Source: Octopus bimaculoides (Eukaryota). Taken from it: a DNA stretch of 37,143 nucleotides. The position numbers and the translations under genes are program-made. The notes beneath the pieces are model-generated. The model was given only the letters and a program-made list of their open reading frames with translations. It ran no database searches and was not told the origin of the DNA. Shown here piece after piece: positions 32,944-37,143 of this stretch (the stretch's first letter is position 1; every line of letters begins with the position of its first letter). The DNA is taken from NCBI RefSeq assembly GCF_001194135.2, contig NC_068981.1, positions 128,487,593 to 128,524,735 on the forward strand, in the 5' to 3' direction.

Positions 32944-33287
32944 CTTTTACTTGTTTCAGTCATTTGACTGCGGCCATGCTGGAGCACTGCCTTTTGTCGA
33001 GCAAATCGACCCCAGGACTTATTCTTTAGAAGCCTAGTACTTATTCTATCGGTCTATTTTGCCGAACCGCTAAGTTACGGGGACGTAAACACAGACACAC
33101 ACACACACATATATATATATACATATATACGACAGGCTTCTTTCAGTTTCCGTCTACCAAATCCACTCACAAGGCTTTGGTCGGCCCAAGGCTATAGTAG
33201 AAGACACTTGCCCAAGGTGCCACGCAGTGGGACTGAACCCAGAACCATGTGGTTGGTAAACAAGCTACTTACCACACAGCCACTCCT
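32944..33287 (-). mobile_element. Composite SINE (family B), young copy, tail-to-tail with 32284-32700
   Basis: Reverse complement of the same family; CpGs retained. Confidence 0.9.
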
Positions 33288-33486
33288 ACGCCTATTTACA
33301 TATCTTTCATATACATATAATATTTTGAGTAAATTCAGTCTGTAAGAGCAACAGTGAAGTAAAAAGTTGCTCTGGACTTCTCTGGACAAATTCAGCATAT
33401 ATCTCAGCAGAGCTTTCTTTCTTAGTTAAGATGCAAATCTATTTGACATAGAATGAATGTTCAGAATTTAAATGGAACATATATCC

Positions 33487-33802
33487 AGGCACGTGGCTTA
33501 GTGGTTAGGGTATTCAGCTTGCGATTGTGGGGTTGCAAGTTCGATTCCCAGTGGCACGTTGTGTCCTTGAGCAAGACACTTTATTTCACAGTGTTCCAGT
33601 CCACTCTGCTGGCAAAAATGAGTAATACCTGTATTTCAAGAACCAGCCTTGTCACACTCTGTGTCACGCTGAATTTCCCTGAGATGTATGTGAAAGGATA
33701 TGCTTGTCTGTGGAGTGATCAACCACTTGCAAGTTAATCTCACAAGTAAGCTGTTCCATTGATTGGATCAGCTGGAACCCTTGTTGTCGTAAGCAACATA
33801 GT
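33487..33802 (+). mobile_element. tRNA-derived SINE with a different central domain but the family-C 3' half
   Basis: GTGGCTTAGTGGTTAGG (A-box), AGTTCGATTCCC (B-box), GTTGTGTCCTTGAGCAAGACACTTTATTTC core, then CAGCCTTGTCACACTCTGTGTCACGCTGAAT as in 27120-27150. Confidence 0.85.
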
Positions 33803-34194
33803 TTCAGTATATATATCTTACTATATAAAATACATTGTCTGTGTGTGTGTCTTCTGTGCACAGCCAAACCTATGGATCAGTCTGTACCATACTTGGAGTA
33901 CATGACTAATTTGACCTGGGAAATAATAATATGGTCTTGATTTATTTTTTTATTAAAAATATATAATATTGCTTTATATATATATAATAAAGATCTGCTT
34001 CCTGTGTCTGACGTTCTGATGTAGTAACTAAATAACCAGCTATTTACACACACACACACACGTATACATCATTACAGTTGTGATGATTTCTGATAAAAAA
34101 GAATTCCTAAAGGTACTTACATTTTTTATATTCTTCTCCACCTTTCTGTTTGTGTGTCTGTATGTACAGGTGTTCATTTCTGTAAAAATTTTCC

Positions 34195-34820
34195 AATGTC
34201 AACAGGTGTGTTACATATATAAGATATATTTGTGTGTGTGTGTAAATACATTCTACACAGAGATAGATGCCTCTTTTTCATATGTTGTAAAAATTTTCGA
34301 ATGTCAACATGTCTGCTTCATATATAATTTATATATTTATGTGTGTGTAAATACATTCTACACAGAGGTAGAAGCCTCCTTTACATATGTCAACAGGTCT
34401 GTTAAGATATATATTAATGTGAGTGTGTGTGTGTGAAAATACATTCAATAGGGAAATAGAAGCCTTTTTTTTTAAATGTCAACAGGTCTGATTCATATAT
34501 GATATATATTATTGTGTGTGTGTGTGTAAGTAGATTCCATACAGAGATAAAGGCGTTTTTTCATATGTCAACAGGTCTGTTTTATATATATAAGACATAT
34601 ATTTTTGTGTGTCCTTGGTGGACAGCCAAACAGCTGGATCACTCAGTACCAGAATCTTCTGTACCTTTCCATTTGTATATCCATAGGTAAAGGTTTATTT
34701 CCGTAAAAATTGTTAATTGATCAATTGTCAATAGATCTGTTTCGTATACATAAGATATATAGTTATGTGAGTGTGTGTGTGAGAACAAATTTCATACAGA
34801 GATAGACGACTTTTCTCAAT
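34195..34820 (+). repeat. Imperfect ~85-120 bp tandem array (core ATGTCAACAGGTCTG...TGTGTGT.AAATACATTC..ACAGAGATAGA), about 6 units
   Basis: (A)TGTCAACA(G)GT(C/G)TG recurs at ~34196, 34281 (short, TATGTTG), 34341, 34386, 34476 and 34565, with a related TCAATAGATCTG at ~34728. Confidence 0.85.
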
Positions 34821-34837
34821 TAATTGAATGATGTACT

Positions 34838-36016
34838 GCTCCTGAGAGTACTGGCAAAACGTTTTTCATCAACCTTTTGTTAGTCCATCTAGATGGGTGC
34901 TTTGCATTGGCAGTAGCATCTTCTGGAATATCAGCTACTCTCTTAACAGGTGGATGAACAGCTCATTCTACTTTCATGTTTCCCTTGAATTTAGTTAGGA
35001 CAGAGACTCCAATTTGCAACAGTTCTAAAACATCAGCAAAAGCCAAGGTCTTGCAGCAGATGCACTTGATTGCCTGAGATAAATGCACCATGTCTCACTT
35101 TGGAGCACTTGAGGTTGTTGACCGTAGCCTAAGAGATTTGAGAGGAAAGGACATTCTCATGGGTGGGATCACCATAGTTTTGGCTGGGGATTTCAGACAA
35201 ACCCTTCCTGTGATCCCAAAAGGTACAAAAGCAGATGAACTACAGGCCTGTCTCAAGCAATCCTATCTGTGGAGGCAAGTAACTAAACTGCACCTGACAG
35301 TTAACATAAGGGCCCAATTATTTGGTGATCAAACTGCCAGGCTGTATTCACACCAGCTTCTGAAGATAGAGAATGGTCAACTACCATATGTCCACCAAAT
35401 GCAGCAACACTGGCTACCCTGTGGTGAGATGGTACCAACTGTCAATGATCTCATAATGCATCTGCTCCCAAACATTACACAAAACTTTACCAACAGTTAG
35501 TGACTCTGTGAGTGAGCCATCTTAGCTCCACGTAATGATGCTGTCAACAAAATCAACTGTAGTTTTTCCATTTGAGTACCTGAACTCTCTACAGCCATCT
35601 GGGATGCCACCTCACCACTTAACACTTAAAAAGGGGACCCCAATCATGCTGCTCAGGAATCTGGATCCACCCCACCTGTGCAATGGCACCAAACTGATGG
35701 TGAAAGCAATGGGGCCCCGTGTCCTAGAGGCAACAGTTATGACTGGGAACTATAAGGGTGAGGATGCCTTCATTCCACGGATCCTGTTAATCCCATATGA
35801 CTTCCCCTTTGAATTTAAATGGTTCCAGTTCTCAGGGAAACGAAGTTTCACTCTGTCAATAAAAAAATCTCAAGGACAGTCTCTCAAGGTTGTTGGACTT
35901 CACCTTGCTTCTCCTTGCTTCTCTCATGAGTTGGAAATCCCAAAAATCTTTTCATTTATACACCAATTAAAAGTCACACTCAAAGCATTGTATATTTAGA
36001 AGCTGTAAATAATTAA
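34838..36016 (+). pseudogene. Helitron PIF1-family helicase pseudogene
   Basis: APESTGKT (Walker A), [82 protein letters not shown]; stops, frameshifts and deletions. Confidence 0.93.
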
Positions 36017-36499
36017 ACTGTGATTGATTTGCGAATTTGCTTCAAAACATTTTTTATACTTATGTCATATGCCATTGTTTAACTTCCATGTTATTGTTTT
36101 CACTGTAAGTCTAAGTTTTCAATTGCTATTTACAAACAAACAATGACAAATTACTAACAGAAAGAAGTTCTCAATTACTGATGTGAGTAATTTCATAATT
36201 TACTGACAGAAGTATCTTCATAAATTTCACTTCAATCCATTCAGTTTTGTGTTTTTCTGTTGTTCATGGGTTCTTTCTGGTTCCTTTGATACTGGCTCTT
36301 TGGTTCACTGAGTGACAAATTTCCCTTCAACCCATACAATACTTTATTTTCCATTAAAATTTCTTATTTACTTTCTGCCCTTCGTATTAAGAAACAATTT
36401 CCATTACCAAGTTATTTTCATTGTTTACTATCTTCTGCACTCGTGTATTTTTGTATACATATATAACCATGTCTAGAAGGAAAGTTCCAAATTTGATGG

Positions 36500-36809
36500 C
36501 ATAACTACAGATTTCTCCCAAATTGGATGATCATAACTTTCAGAAAAATGGATATTTTTAATAAAATTTTCTATGAATATGTGTTATATCATGTAGATTC
36601 CAAATATATAAAATTTGGGTGGGGTAAGTGTTTTAGAAGTGGGTGGGGAATTTCTGAAAATTCACCGGAGTCCACTTCAATTCATCATAACTTCCAAGAA
36701 AAGGAAAATTTATATGTACATTTGAAAAGTAAAAACACTTTTATCATTATTTATTTAATTTTGCTTTTATTAAACCTATAAATATGTCAGGTCATTTTAC
36801 CCCACCCTG
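36500..36809. mobile_element. Possible orphan end of a Tc1/mariner-type element
   Basis: Ends ..TTTTACCCCACCCTG (reverse complement CAGGGTGGG) next to a TA-rich microsatellite; repeated ATCATAACTT motifs. No partner end found. Confidence 0.35.
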
Positions 36810-36910
36810 CATATATATACATACATACATACATACATATATATACACGCATACATATATATGTAGGTATGTACATATATGTATGGATATATGCATATAT
36901 TTATATATTA

Positions 36911-37143
36911 CTAGCAGTATAACCCGACCTTGTCCGGGTGTGACTTATTATGCCATCTACGATAAGTCTTGCTAGCTGAAAATCAAAGAAAAAAACCCAT
37001 ATGATGTAAATATGTTCATAATTCAAAAGACGATGAAATTAAAAGGGAAAGTCTGAAGGCTGTTTTGCGTAAAATTATTAAGCATACGTAAATTTCATCC
37101 GTGTAATTGGCTATAGAAATGCTTGTGCAAAACAACTTTTTGC
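36911..37143 (-). mobile_element. 3' terminus of a second Helitron (minus strand), continuing out of the window
   Basis: Minus strand reads ACCCGGACAAGGTCGGGT (hairpin) TATACTG-CTAG|T, the canonical hairpin plus CTRR before T. Confidence 0.8.

Larger units (their letters stand above)
33816..36016 (+). mobile_element. Non-autonomous Helitron: 5' TC end, tandem array, degraded PIF1-like helicase (no Rep domain seen)
   Basis: A|TCTTACTATATAAAA followed by CTGTGTGT microsatellite at 33816 (Helitron-like 5' terminus), with helicase remnants downstream. No matching plus-strand hairpin-CTRR 3' end found, and linkage of the 5' end to the helicase is inferred. Confidence 0.65.

Overview
AT-rich, repeat-dense, spliced eukaryotic (metazoan) DNA with two N-gaps. 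The SINE/MITE types and microsatellite load resemble an octopus (cephalopod) genome; this is inferred from recalled repeat families, not verified. The only confidently identified host gene is MORN1 (+ strand), with coding exon 1 at 24229-24361 and exon 2 at 29177-29248; the rest of the gene lies beyond the window. It sits head-to-head with an unidentified minus-strand gene whose candidate first coding exon is 23978-24022. The two ATGs are about 200 bp apart in a CpG-rich zone. The rest is mostly intronic or intergenic sequence filled with degraded elements: CR1/Jockey-like and RTE LINE fragments, several tRNA-derived SINE families, Tc1/mariner elements (one full-length DD34D, one DD37D/maT end, one foldback made of two left ends), hAT-Charlie, Tigger-like and piggyBac-like MITEs, and Helitrons. 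The most unusual feature is a ~540 bp near-perfect palindrome in MORN1 intron 1. It is made of two divergent units, each with a tRNA-like Pol III head and a hammerhead-ribozyme-like core, and the two cores carry different disabling substitutions. Most supplied ORFs are spurious or are transposon remnants. All coordinates and alignments were read by eye.
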